Below are positions 27,901 to 39,228 of a stretch of 64,000 nucleotides of DNA, piece by piece; position 1 is the first letter of the stretch, and each line of letters opens with the position of its first letter. Both the position numbers and the translations under genes were made by a program. Source of the DNA: Azolla caroliniana. Its lineage: Eukaryota > Plantae > Polypodiophyta. The DNA lies in contig JBHGNT010000016.1 in assembly GCA_043228905.1 (NCBI GenBank), positions 12,772,001-12,836,000 of the forward strand, given 5' to 3'. The notes beneath the pieces were generated by a model. It saw only the letters and a program-made list of their open reading frames with translations, was not told the origin of the DNA and did not search any database.

Positions 27901-30230
27901 CGGAATGATTCGTGGGTGCTCATCTAGGTATGCCTCTAATTCTGCATCCTCCACCCCAGCCAGCATATTTATATCTTTTGCATATAATGGTGTTATACCC
28001 TTGGGTTGTGGTGTACTTCCTTCCGTAGGTACGCGAACCTTGGTGCATCCGTGTCGGAAACTGATACATTTGTGTTGCCAGCTCTGCTTGATATTTGCTG
28101 CCCGAAGCCATGGTCTGCCCAAAAGCACTGGGTACGCCCCTGGGGCGTCCAAGGCGAGGACGACTACCGAGATAATGCCTATCTTGCGAATTTACCCCAA
28201 TGGTCGTACTGAGCGGGTATCTGCCATTCGGAGCCAGAATGGGCAAGCCTCCCATTCTGAAATGCCTAATTGCTCGCAAGTTTTCGCGCTAATTACATTG
28301 ACACCTGAGCCGCCATCGATTACGCATCCAGGAATTTCCTGTCCGTGTAATATTAATGTAATAGCCGGGTTGTGCTGATCCACTATCGACGGTCTGTCGC
28401 TAACGTCTGTAAGGTTTGTAGCGACGCTCACCCTGGGTATGCCCGTCACCCATTCTTCCATGGTCTGGCAGAAGTGTGGGACTAGATGCAGTAGCTTCTC
28501 CATGGTTAACGTTATCTCGCAGCCCGCTAATGCATGCCAAACGGGGTTCAGGACCTGTCCTTCGTCCTCTGCTCGCTCCCTCGCATTCACTGACTCCTTC
28601 CGCATGCGCTCTGTATTGGTCGCATTTGCTTTCTCCACCCATGCCTAGGCTTGTCGTCGTATCTCATCTTGCGCAGCCCAATTAGCCGTTTTAGTTTGCT
28701 GGCGTGTCGTGACTTGCTGCACTTACGCCGTAATCGTATTGACGGCGGGCACCTTGCCCTTGCGTGCTGGGCATTGCGTGGCATAATGTCCAGGCTGCTG
28801 ACAAATAAAACAATGGATGCTTGATTCACCCTTCTCGGCTCCTGGTGGTGTGTGCCGATCACCTGGTGCGACTTGCTCTTCACGATCCGGCCTCGTTTGT
28901 CGGAACGCACGCGGTGGTTGTTGTTGGTCCCGTCGTTGTTCCTGGTGTCGCTCATCTCCCGAGCTTTCGTCGTAACGCCGATGATCTCGATATTGGCGCG
29001 GCTTACCACGATAACCATTGAAGCCGCCACATTTGTTTGTCGGCTGGTGATTCTCGTAGCGCCAGCCCCCTTTAGCATAACTCAGATGTCCACGATAATC
29101 CTCGTTCTCTGGTTCGTCTTCCTCGGAATCATTGTGATTTCGGGATTCCGGTCATGCCGGTTGTCCCATGGGTTGCGATCCATATACCTTGGTTGGTCTT
29201 CTTGCCTCCTTTGTTCAATATGGCGTGGGGGACGCTGGGTGTCCATGCTGCGGACTATGCAAGAGGCTCTGTTCAACATATTGTATTCGCATTGTTCGAC
29301 TGTGTTAGCCTTCGAGTGGCAGATTGGGCAGTGGATTCGCATATTGCACTCCCCTGCGGAATGCCCCGAGTTCAAGCAAATCGTGCACTGGATTGCTTGA
29401 TGAAAGTGGTGTTTCTCGTCCTGGGGTAACGATTGTCGTAAGGAGGACATAGAAAACCTTTCCTCCTCCTCGTCCAACTCGAGTTGTAACGCTCGTTCAA
29501 TGACCATATCCGTTGTTTCCCCTTTCACGCTATTGTTGTTGAGCGTTGCCCGGATGGGTCGGCGTAATGCTGCCAGAAATGTCTCTCGAGCCTCGTCCTC
29601 CGCGGTGCTCTGTTCTAGTTTCCACCGTAAATTTTGGAAACGTAAGCTGAAGTTTGCGATCGTCTCGGTTGACAGTTGCTTAAATGTGTAGAACTGTCCG
29701 AGGATTTCGCGTTGTGGAACCCTTCGATAGAAGAACCGCAAGAAAGCGAACTGCAGCTGATCGAAGGTTGTGATCGTTGGTAAATCCATCTGTGAATGCC
29801 AAAACGCCACTCACCCATCCAATGTTAACCCGAACTCCGTCATTTTCAACTAGTGCGCTACCGCCTCCGAAAGGCTCTACGCCATGTGGTTCGCATTCCA
29901 GACATTAAGGAACATGCGAATATGGGTTGCGGCGTCGGTTTCGCCGTTAAAGCAGGGATAGGCAAAGGCCATGCTGGGGGCTACGGTAGGTCGGGAAAGA
30001 TCAGAGGGTGGTTGTGTTGAGCGTACTCCCCGTGTATCATCGAGGTATTTGGAGAGTGAAGAATCACCTTTGTAATCACAACAGGTAGTACTGAGGTTGC
30101 TGAGGTGAGGCTTTTGCCGTGCACGTTCTTCTGCTTGGCGTGTGACGCACCATGTGATTGGTCGGTCTTGTCGTGTTGGTTCTTTGGGGCGTCTGCGGCT
30201 AAACATCCATTCGTCGTTGCTCATCTGTGA
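24990..30230 (-). pseudogene. Gypsy gag-pol, fragmented by stops and frameshifts
   Basis: ORFs 29082-29810 (gag), 28192-28638 (PR), 26375-27427 (RT/RH), 24990-25544 (IN). Confidence 0.9.
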
Positions 30231-30260
30231 GAAGACACAAATCACCAAGCGTGCCAAAAG

Positions 30261-30698
30261 TGTTACTGATTAGGAACACGGTCTACGGTCAATCCTTCGA
30301 CCTAGATCTCCAAGTGGTTGTCGAACAATGAATGGGGTGTCTATGCGTAATGCGTAGGGGAATGTTCCTCGTAACCTATCAACGTATAAGGGACACGGCT
30401 ACAACCAACTCCTTAGCAATGGTTACACTTACGTTTTTACACGCTCTGGTATTCCAGACACACAGTAGATTAGTCGTAGCTATACACAAACTTTCAGAGA
30501 AGATAGAATTCTATTATGATACGCTTCTTTACAATTCAAAATTACACGCTCCCTCTATCAGAGGTTTTCTTCCCTTTATATACACATGGACTATTTCGCC
30601 GTTCACGCTTCCTGCGTGAACCGTTACATGCGTTATGATCTTATATTATTTCTTATTCCTACACTCTTGTCCGTCGGTTACTATTCCGGCGAACAACA
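30261..30698 (-). repeat. 5' LTR of the gypsy element
   Basis: Followed in element sense by CTTTTGGCACGCTTGGTG (PBS). Confidence 0.9.
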
Positions 30699-32040
30699 AC
30701 CATTGCCTCTAGAAAATAAAACGGAGCTAGACGCGTGTCGATATAACGCAGACACCCCTTTTATCCATGCACTTGGAAACCCTAATCTTGATAGAACCGC
30801 CTCCAGAAAGTCCCAATCCACTTTATCATACGCTTTCTCAAAATCTAATAATAGTATCGCAAGGGACTGTTTGTGATGTTAAGCCAATGCAATCATCTCC
30901 CAAAGAAGGAAGATATTGTCAAAGATGCTTCCATCTTGAAGGAATCTTGATTGTGTATCATGTATAATCGAGGGAAGCAACTGTCGCATTCTATTGGCTA
31001 TAGTTTTTGCTACTATTTTATAGATGTCGTTAAGCAAAGTTATTCGATGCCATTTTGATATTTCATTACATTGAGCATCTGATTTCGGGATCATGTATAT
31101 GATTCCTTCCGTCCATTCTTCGGGCATATTCCCTGTTGAGAAAATTAAATTAACTGCTCCAATAAGAGTAGGCCCCAATAAGTCCCAGTAGTGCAAATAG
31201 AATACCACTCCTATGGCATCCTTTCCTGGACACACATTTTCTCCCAGGGATTTAGCCGTTGTCCAAACTTCAGTGTCTGTAAATGGTTGAAGCAACTGGG
31301 AAACCATTACATGAGTGACCTTTTGTTGTACTGTTTCTAGTACAAGTTGTCTCTTATAAAGGTCCTCCTCTGAGAAGGATTTAGCAGATAAAAATTGATG
31401 GTAATATGTCGTAGCTATGTCTCGCATCTCCGAATCATACATTGTGTAAGAGCCATCAAGTCGTTTTAGGGTTTTGATAGATAGTGTTTTATACTTCTAT
31501 TTAAATTGACTGAAGAATTCCCTATTTACCCTATCCCGCTTCTGTAACCAAGAAGCTATATTACGTTGATAGAAATACAATCCTCTCGCCTGTTGCTTTT
31601 CTTTAAAATTACTTTTTACTTGTTGTAAATATGATAGTAATATCAGTAAGGTTGGGTATCTTTCCAATAACTTTTGTGTTGCAGCCAATGCTCGACGCAA
31701 ATTAGCAATCTGATATTGTTCAATCATTATTGAACCACTATTAATTAAGATAGACAAATAGACATCGTTGATATGTTTAGATGGTGTAGTTGATTTTCAT
31801 ACTACTCTACAACATTAGAGGTCTCCCGTTTCAGTCTATGTTTGGACAAGAGAAGTGCTATTTAGATTGACTAGAATCATAACTATTGTTCTTTGCATAG
31901 TTGGTTGTTTGTAATTTAGTCGATATAGTCAAGTATTAAGTTAAACTAACACCAAGTCCTACACATATATTAAGCAAAGCAAAAAGAATTCTTCATTTCT
32001 TGCTACCATTCGTGCTATCTTTTTCAATCTAAATAGTATG

Positions 32041-32712
32041 TAGATCGGCAGACTGCCGACATCTTCAACAAAGCTCTCGGCTTGGACAAGTTGCAACATT
32101 TTTCAGAGATGCTTGGTCTTCAGCATCTCGACATGCGCTTGGATGAAGCAAATAGAAGTGCATTACCACTTTGTGCATGACTTACCAATCGCCAGATTGC
32201 CGACATCTTCACCAAACCTCCCAACCCGAACAAATTGCAATATTTTTCGGAGATGCTTGGGTTCGGCATCTCGACATGCTGCACTTGAGGGGGAGAAAGG
32301 AGGAAACAGGTATGGAAACCAGGAAAACAGGCAAAGGCATTAGACCAGCATCCGGACTGAAGGAAACAACCGAAACAGGGGGAGACAAGAAGAAAAAGGA
32401 AGGCGAGTCGACTGAAGAAGTCGGCACATATGATAAAGTCGGAACAAGCGGCGACGGAGGCAGAGTCAAGAAGGACAGAGCCAACCAGAATAAGAAGGCA
32501 AGACCCAGACTTGGTCCGACATGGTGAAGGGCCCTAAGGTTAAAGAAAAATTGGAGACGGCCAATTCCAGACAAGATTTGGAACGAATTGGAGCTAGCCG
32601 ATTCTGAAGAGGAGTTTGATTCAGAGGAGTCGACTCAACAGAAGGCCAAATAGATGAGGAGGCATCAAATGTCCACACTGACACAGAGGGACAAATGGAT
32701 CGAGAAACGCCA
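32041..32712 (+). mobile_element. Copia 3' fragment (RNase H C-terminus, partly duplicated, plus purine-rich 3' UTR)
   Basis: KQIEVHYHFV and two ADIF(N/T)K-coding segments; no LTR or TSD seen. Confidence 0.6.
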
Positions 32713-33375
32713 AAGTATCAAATTCATCAAAATGCATAAAATTGAGCGATATTTACAATTGCGTTTAGATAGTGTAGTTGGTTATAATGCTAGACTTCTG
32801 CACTAGAGGTGTTCGGTTTGAGTTTGGGTTTATTTGCATGTTTTCAACTATTCTTTTACGAATAAATGATATTTTGAATTTCATCTAAGAACACTCTATT
32901 GTTGAATCATTATTGCACCAAGATTAATTAAGATAGACAAATAGATATCATGGATATGTTGAGATGGTGTAGTTGATTTTCATGCTACTGTAACACATTA
33001 GACGTCTCCGGTCACAGTCTACGTTTGGACAAGAGACGTGCTATTTAGACTGACTAGAATAATAACTATAATTTATTGTTTGCATAGTTGGCTGATTCCA
33101 ATTATGTCGATATAGTCAAGTATTATGTTAAACTAACTGCAAGTCGTGCACATATATTAAGCAAAGCAAAAAGAATTCCTCATTTCTTGCTGAATCCATT
33201 CGTGATAGCTTTTTCAATCTAAATGGTATGTAGTCAGAAAGACTTCTATAAGGTGAATCTTACTACCACTTGGCAAACTTACAAAGTCGTTATGTCAATG
33301 TCGGTATGACATGCCGATCACTTGGTCTAATTAACAAATTCATGTGAAACTATTACATTAGTAATCTCAAAATGG

Positions 33376-33449
33376 GTCCATATGGTGTGGTTGGTTATCA
33401 CGCTAGTCTCACACACTAGAAGTTTGCGGTTCGAAACCGGGTTTGCACA
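33376..33449 (+). pseudogene. tRNA-Val(CAC)-like unit, mildly degenerate
   Basis: Intact anticodon arm CTAGT-CTCACAC-ACTAG and B box GGTTCGAAACC; mismatches in the acceptor and T stems. Confidence 0.75.
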
Positions 33450-34342
33450 AAAAAATTGGTATATAGAATAAGTAGAAGAATTGGTCTCTTGTCACTATAG
33501 AACTAGAATATATTTAGTGAAAGTAAGTGGAACTGATCCATATAGCTTAACCCTAGAAAATTGCCATGTTGATTTCTTGTGTCAATTAGTGTTATATCTT
33601 TCTAGAGACTTGTTTCACCTAAATGCCACAACCACATGGGATACATTGAAACTCATGATGCCCATGTAGTTGTGACATCGTTTCAGTGAAATTATCAAAT
33701 TCATTAGAATGCATGAAATTGAGCGATATTAACAATTGCGTCTAGATAGTCTAGTTGGTTATCTCGCTAGACTTCCACACTAGAGGTCTTCAATTTGAGT
33801 CCGGGTTTATTTGCATGTTTTGAACTATTCTTTTACGAATAAATAATATCTTGAAATTTATCTAAGAAGACTCTATGTTTCAATCGTTATTGCACCAAGA
33901 TTAATTAAGATAGCTAAATAGACATCGTCGATATGTTTAGATGGTGTAGTTGGTTTTTATGCTACTATAACACATTAGAGGTCTCTGATTACAGTCTAAA
34001 TTTAGACAAGAGAAGTGCTATTTAGATTGACTAAAATCATAGCTATTGTTCTTTGCACGGTTGCTTGATTCTAATGATTTCGATATAGTCAAGTATTAAG
34101 TTTAATTAACTACAAGTCGTGCAGATATATTAAGCAAAGCAAAAAGAATTCTTCATTTTTTGCTTCCATTCATGCTATCTTTTTCAATCTAACTAGGACC
34201 AAATGGTCGGAACAAGGAGTGCGTAGGGATAGGCACACGACAATTAGAGGGTGCTTAAGCTAAACAAGAGAAAGTAGGCAACATACACTAATGAGAGAGA
34301 GAGAGAGAGAGATGTTTTAATTCAAAGAGGGTGGTGGGTTTA

Positions 34343-34384
34343 GGCAAACTAGTGTCTGTCCATAGTGGAGCTCTTCAGTGCAAA
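34343..34384 (-). ncRNA. Degenerate minimal type I hammerhead ribozyme
   Basis: TGCA-CTGAAGA-GCTCCACTATGGAC-A-GACAC-TA-GTT-TGC: CUGANGA box, helix II, GAAA mutated to GACA, palindromic ACTAGT helix III, GUU site. Confidence 0.65.
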
Positions 34385-34625
34385 GACCATTACAACAAGA
34401 GAATGTCATTAATAAAGGGGTGGGATGGAAGAGGGAGTGAGAGAGGAATGGGGAGGATTTAATTTTTGTAGTAGATGAGATAGAATAGGATGTGGTGATG
34501 AGAGAGAGAGAAATGTGTGTATGAAAGTGATAGGGAGTGAGAGATGGGGAATGAATGTAATGATGATGGTAAGGGGGGAGTTCTTAATGTGATGAAAAAG
34601 GGGGATTTAGGATGGCGGTATAATA

Positions 34626-34789
34626 TTAAGTGGGGGATGTGGGTGAATTATTTGAAAACTTAGTGTTAAATGGGGGATTTGGGTGGATTGTTTGAAAATT
34701 TAGTCTTAAGTGGGGGATTTGGGTGGATTGTTTGAAAACTTAGTTTGAAGTGGGGGATTTCATTGGATTTTTTGAAAACTTAGTCTTAA
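34626..34789. repeat. 40-bp tandem repeat, 4 copies
   Basis: TTAAGTGGGGGATTTGGGTGGATTGTTTGAAAACTTAGTN, at the end of the PLE ORF. Confidence 0.9.
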
Positions 34790-35303
34790 TTAGGAGGGCA
34801 TGTATGGACTTAGATTTTGTCCAACATATGAAGGGGCGTGAGATGCTAGTAAGCTCGGGATCTAACATTAAGTCATTATAGAGATTTTTTAGAAAACTAT
34901 GAATGCCTAGTTTTGGGGTATGTTTGGTGTATCTAAGTTTAAAGATTGTGGGGTTAAGGGAGGTAGTAGTTTTGGGTTGATATAGGAGTGTTTTTCTAAG
35001 ATTAAAAGGTATTTTCTTATACCTTTTTAGTATAAAGGAAGTAGGGTAATCACAGTTAACTAGTCTATTGAAAAAGATTTTTTACATTTGGTAGAAACCC
35101 TATGGGGTGCTTTCTCTAATGATATATCTCCTCACTTCATTAGTGATAAAGTGTTGTTTTGTATGGGAAGTGTCAGGAACTCTATTAAGGCAGAGAAGGA
35201 ATTAGTACTAAAAGAAGGATTAGTACTATTGTCGGGAAATAGTACTAAGACAGAGAAGGATTAGTACTATGAGAGGTGTCGAACTTTGAGAGAAGGAATG
35301 GGT

Positions 35304-35349
<46 letters not shown>

Positions 35350-35631
35350 TGATGCGAAAGGTATATGTATTATATGAAGGAAGATATACAACAGTAGTTA
35401 GAAGGCTTAAGACTGGCGTTGAACCGATTTGGTTCGAACTAATGCCTTGCGCCTCCTTTTATAGTGTCTTCAGGAATACTCCTGAAGTTTCTAGAATGTT
35501 CCAGAGAAATCTGGAATATACATCAATTTCCCAATAAAACCTAAATGAAAATAATATCCTTCAAATTACAATTCATAACCTAATGGTAAAGTCTCGACCC
35601 GTGTAACAAAAGGTTATGGGTTCGAGTCTAG

Positions 35632-38600
35632 TTATGACACTATCCCCCCTTTAAAACGACGAGTTCCACGAGTCGTTTTGGATTGAGGACCCGGTTTCTC
35701 GGGATATCGTCGATGGAAGTCTTCTAGAAGAGCACGAGCATTGGTCACATTCTCGATCGGTTCCCAAGTACGCTCGCTGGGACTATATCCTAGCCAATCG
35801 ACTAGATAGTAGAGCTTGTTGCGAACAATCTTGGAATCGAGGATGGCAGCGACCTCATACTCAGGTCCATCTTCGAGCTCGATAGGAGGTGGTGGTTGTA
35901 TAGTACGTCCTGGGATAGTGCTCTCGTGATAGGGTTCGAGGAGAGAACTATGAAACACCGGATGTATCCGAAGTTGCGGAGGTAGCTCGAGACGAAAAGC
36001 GACATCATTAATCTTCCCGATAATACGGAAAGGACCTAATCGCCGATAATCCAACTTCTCACATGGGCGAGTAGTCTTGATGTGTCGTCGTAGCAGCCAC
36101 ACCCGATCTCCAATGTTAAAACTGGATGGAAGTCGATGACGATCTGCGTAGTCCTTGTGTGATTGTTGAGCTTGCTGGAGTTGAGTAGATAAATCCGCTT
36201 GTATCTTGCGTAACCGCTCCAAACGATCCTCCGCGCAAGGATTTGTGGACACTTCTGGGGTTTCAAGGACACACCACCGGGGATGATATCCAGTATAAGC
36301 GTAGAATGGCGTGACTTTAGTCGATGCGTGGATAGCGTTATTATAGGCAAATTCGGCGAACTGAAGAATATCTGCCCAGTCATTCTGATGATAGTTGAGA
36401 AAGCACCGCAGATACTGCTCCAGTGTTTGATTTGTTCGTTCAGCTTGACCGTCGGTTTGTGGGTGGTAGCCGGAGGAGAGGTGACAAGTGACCTTCAGCA
36501 TTTTAAAAAGGTGCTTCCAGAATTTTGACACAAACTGGGGTCCACGATCGCTGATGATATTATCAGGGAGTCCATGATGCCGACATACTTCCCGCATGAC
36601 AATTTCGGCGGTGTCTTCACTAGATATTTCTTTAGTACATGGTAAGAAATGAGCCATCTTTGTATATCGATCCACCACTGTGAGAATCGCACTGAATCCC
36701 TTAGAGACTGGAAGATCTGTAATGAAGTCAAGAGCAATGGATTGCCATGGCTTGCTTGGAATTGGTAATGGTTCTAATAAACCATATGGATGATGTCTTG
36801 GCATTTTCGCTCTGCAGCATGTATCGCAAGTCCGAACAAAATCTTCGACAAATTGTCGCATACGGGGCCACCAGAATGATCGTTGTACTAAATCTAATGT
36901 TTTAGTACTACCAAAATGTCCTGCTGTATATGTGTCATGGCAGTTTTGTACTACTCGAAGGCGGCAAGAACCATTAGGAACATACAAAAGTTCTTTAAAG
37001 AAGAGTAATCCATCACAGTATTTGAATTGCCGATAATCCGTACCTGGTGATTGTGATTGTGAACATGACGCTCGAGAGGGGTCAATTTGTGCTAGTATAG
37101 CTTGGGCGAAAGCGTCAGTCTTCAAGTCCTTACGTATAGTATTGGTAATGTCGGAATCCACGGGCATGTCAAAGACCTGTGCTGCTTGCAGTCGTGCTGG
37201 ACCCAAGATTACTTGCTTCTGGTTATCGAAAGCTGGCTCACCGGGACGTGGTGTTAGATACGAACGCCGTGATAATGCATCTGCCTTCCCTTGGTGCTTC
37301 CCCGGACGATATGTAATTTTGAAGTCGAAGCGTGTGAGGAAGTGGGCCCACCGAGCTTGACGTCGATTCAGTACACGAGCATCTTGAAAGTAGGCAAGGT
37401 TCTTGTGGTCACTGAATACAGTGACCTGATGAGGAGATCCCTCCAGGAAATGCCTCCATTGCATAAAAGAATCAACTATTGCTAATAGCTCTTTATCATG
37501 AATTTCGTAGTTGATTTCGGCGGCGTCAAACTTACGGGAGTGGAAAGCCACAGGATGTAGCTTCTCGTCGTTACCCTGTTGTGACAGAATGCTCCCCAAT
37601 GCGAAATCCGATGCGTCAGCTTCGATAATGAATGGTTTTTCCGGATCCACATGACCTAAAATTGGAGCTGATGTAAACGCCTTCTTAAGACTCTCGAAAG
37701 CCATGTCCGTCTCTTTAGACCAAATGAATGATTGTCCCTTCCTGGTGAGCTGTGTGAGAGGCAGCACAATTTTTGAGTAATTTTGTATGAACTTCCGGTA
37801 AAAATTTGCAAAGCCTAGGAAGCATTGCACATCCCGCACCGAACGCGGAGTGTGCCATTCTATCACCGTTTTGACCTTGGCTGGATCCATAGATATGCCT
37901 TCTGAGGAGATGACATAGCCGAGAAACTCCACTTGGTTGCACCCGAAACTACATTTCTCTAACTTTGCATACAGACCATGTTCTCGAAGTCGTTTTAGTA
38001 CTAATAGTACATGAGAATCATGTTCTTCTTGGGTCTTTGAATAAACCAGTAGATCATCCAAATAGATGATCAAAAAATCATCCAAGAGATCTCGAAATAT
38101 ATCATTCGCCATGTGCTGGAAGACTGCCGGCGCATTAGTGAGTCCGAACGGCATGACCGTATACTCGAAGTGCCCATATCTGGTGCGAAACGCGGTCTTC
38201 CATTCATCTCCTGGTCGGATCCGTACGAGGTTATAGGCTCCTCGTAAGTCGATCTTCGTGAAGAACCTGGCACCGTTGATCCGTTCTAAAAGACTTGAGA
38301 TAAGGGGAAGAGCATACCTATTTCTTACTGTGACCTTATTCAAGCCACGGTAATCTACAACGAGTCGAAGCGAGCCATCTTTTTTCTTGACGAAGAAAAT
38401 GGGTGCGCCGGCTGGAGATTTCGAATGCCGAATGAAACCGTTCTCCAAATTCTCCTCTATATAGGCTCGAAGGACTTCTAGCTCGGTTGGTGACAAATTG
38501 TAGATCGGCCCCCATGGCGGCTCTTTTCCCGGTTGTAAGTCGATGGCGCAATCGTACGGCCGATGATGAGGAAGTGTGTTGGCTTGTACTTTATCGAACA

Positions 38601-39228
38601 CATCAGCATACTGACGATACTTCTCGGGAAGTTGAACGGTGGACTCCTCTTTGGTGGTACTGGAGGGTTGTACTGATATTGCGAAGAGAAACATTTCCTC
38701 CTTGCGCCCTTCCTCATGCAACTGACGTAGCGAAATGGTTGCAACCTTCTGGGTAGATCCTTGGGTTTGTCGCAACCGGATTTCCCTTGTCCTCCAATCT
38801 ATGTCTGGGTTATGTAACTCGAACCATGGTAATCCTAAAACTATGGGATGTTCTGGAATACTAATAATATTAAATGATACTACACATGTTAAGTTATCTA
38901 GGACAATATTAACGGGTTCCGACTCTTCTATGATATTACCAGAAGCAATGGGACGACCATCAATGACTACTACTGAGGCTGGACATGGGAGCTTTCTGAG
39001 AGATATCTGATGAGCTCGGGCAAAATTCCTATCCATGAAGCAAGAATTAGCTCCGGAATCTAGAAGGGCTAAGGTATGTACTGGAGGGGTACTTTTAGTA
39101 CTAACTGCTACTTGGGCTACGAACACATCACTAACTTGCTTAGAGGGAATGGAACCACTAATGGGCTGCACAGATCTAGGGCTGTCCAACCAAACGGCTC
39201 CTATTTTGGCTGGACTTAGTCGTTTAAC
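35632..39228 (-). CDS. pol: Pol (PR-RT-RH-IN-chromodomain), probably expressed by -1 frameshift from gag
   Basis: LLDSGA, YLDD, EADASD, HHCC/DDE, GPF and YEVAAILDS..YLVDWLGY..TWEP motifs; frame is -1 relative to gag. Confidence 0.95.
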   Translation of the reverse strand, partial: VKRLSPAKIGAVWLDSPRSVQPISGSIPSKQVSDVFVAQVAVSTKSTPPVHTLALLDSGANSCFMDRNFARAHQISLRKLPCPASVVVIDGRPIASGNIIEESEPVNIVLDNLTCVVSFNIISIPEHPIVLGLPWFELHNPDIDWRTREIRLRQTQGSTQKVATISLRQLHEEGRKEEMFLFAISVQPSSTTKEESTVQLPEKYRQYADVFDKVQANTLPHHRPYDCAIDLQPGKEPPWGPIYNLSPTELEVLRAYIEENLENGFIRHSKSPAGAPIFFVKKKDGSLRLVVDYRGLNKVTVRNRYALPLISSLLERINGARFFTKIDLRGAYNLVRIRPGDEWKTAFRTRYGHFEYTVMPFGLTNAPAVFQHMANDIFRDLLDDFLIIYLDDLLVYSKTQEEHDSHVLLVLKRLREHGLYAKLEKCSFGCNQVEFLGYVISSEGISMDPAKVKTVIEWHTPRSVRDVQCFLGFANFYRKFIQNYSKIVLPLTQLTRKGQSFIWSKETDMAFESLKKAFTSAPILGHVDPEKPFIIEADASDFALGSILSQQGNDEKLHPVAFHSRKFDAAEINYEIHDKELLAIVDSFMQWRHFLEGSPHQVTVFSDHKNLAYFQDARVLNRRQARWAHFLTRFDFKITYRPGKHQGKADALSRRSYLTPRPGEPAFDNQKQVILGPARLQAAQVFDMPVDSDITNTIRKDLKTDAFAQAILAQIDPSRASCSQSQSPGTDYRQFKYCDGLLFFKELLYVPNGSCRLRVVQNCHDTYTAGHFGSTKTLDLVQRSFWWPRMRQFVEDFVRTCDTCCRAKMPRHHPYGLLEPLPIPSKPWQSIALDFITDLPVSKGFSAILTVVDRYTKMAHFLPCTKEISSEDTAEIVMREVCRHHGLPDNIISDRGPQFVSKFWKHLFKMLKVTCHLSSGYHPQTDGQAERTNQTLEQYLRCFLNYHQNDWADILQFAEFAYNNAIHASTKVTPFYAYTGYHPRWCVLETPEVSTNPCAEDRLERLRKIQADLSTQLQQAQQSHKDYADRHRLPSSFNIGDRVWLLRRHIKTTRPCEKLDYRRLGPFRIIGKINDVAFRLELPPQLRIHPVFHSSLLEPYHESTIPGRTIQPPPPIELEDGPEYEVAAILDSKIVRNKLYYLVDWLGYSPSERTWEPIENVTNARALLEDFHRRYPEKPGPQSKTTRGTRRFKGGIVS

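Larger units (their letters stand above)
16548..30698 (-). mobile_element. Non-chromoviral Ty3/gypsy element (Athila/Tat/Phygy-like), degenerate, with a chimeric 3' end and a long accessory ORF
   Basis: TSD ACCAT (16543-16547, 30699-30703); LTRs 30261-30698 and 17498-17918; tRNA-Arg-like PBS; gag, VIDGGSG protease, FLDDF RT, FVDAS RNase H, integrase with GPY motif; no chromodomain. Confidence 0.92.
14182..31713 (-). mobile_element. 5'-truncated L1-type LINE (ORF2 RT and zf-RVT remnants), split by a gypsy at 16548-30698
   Basis: Poly(A) tail (T-run 14182-14193); 12-bp TSD TATTGTTCAATC (14170-14181, 31714-31725); CPGKDAIG, ITLLNDIYKIVAK, IRQGCPLAPFLF, KFADD, KVAWDVLIRPKSQGGL, CSYC..E..HALWSC motifs. 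Confidence 0.92.
31714..34192 (+). repeat. tRNA-Val-derived array, left arm part 2 (about 6 units)
   Basis: Units near 31775, 32763, 32958, 33376, 33740 and 33935. Confidence 0.88.

Noticed and set aside
34626-34789. Telomere-like or G-quadruplex role for the G-rich 40-mer
   Set aside because: It is not a TTTAGGG repeat and is most simply a local duplication of the PLE ORF end.
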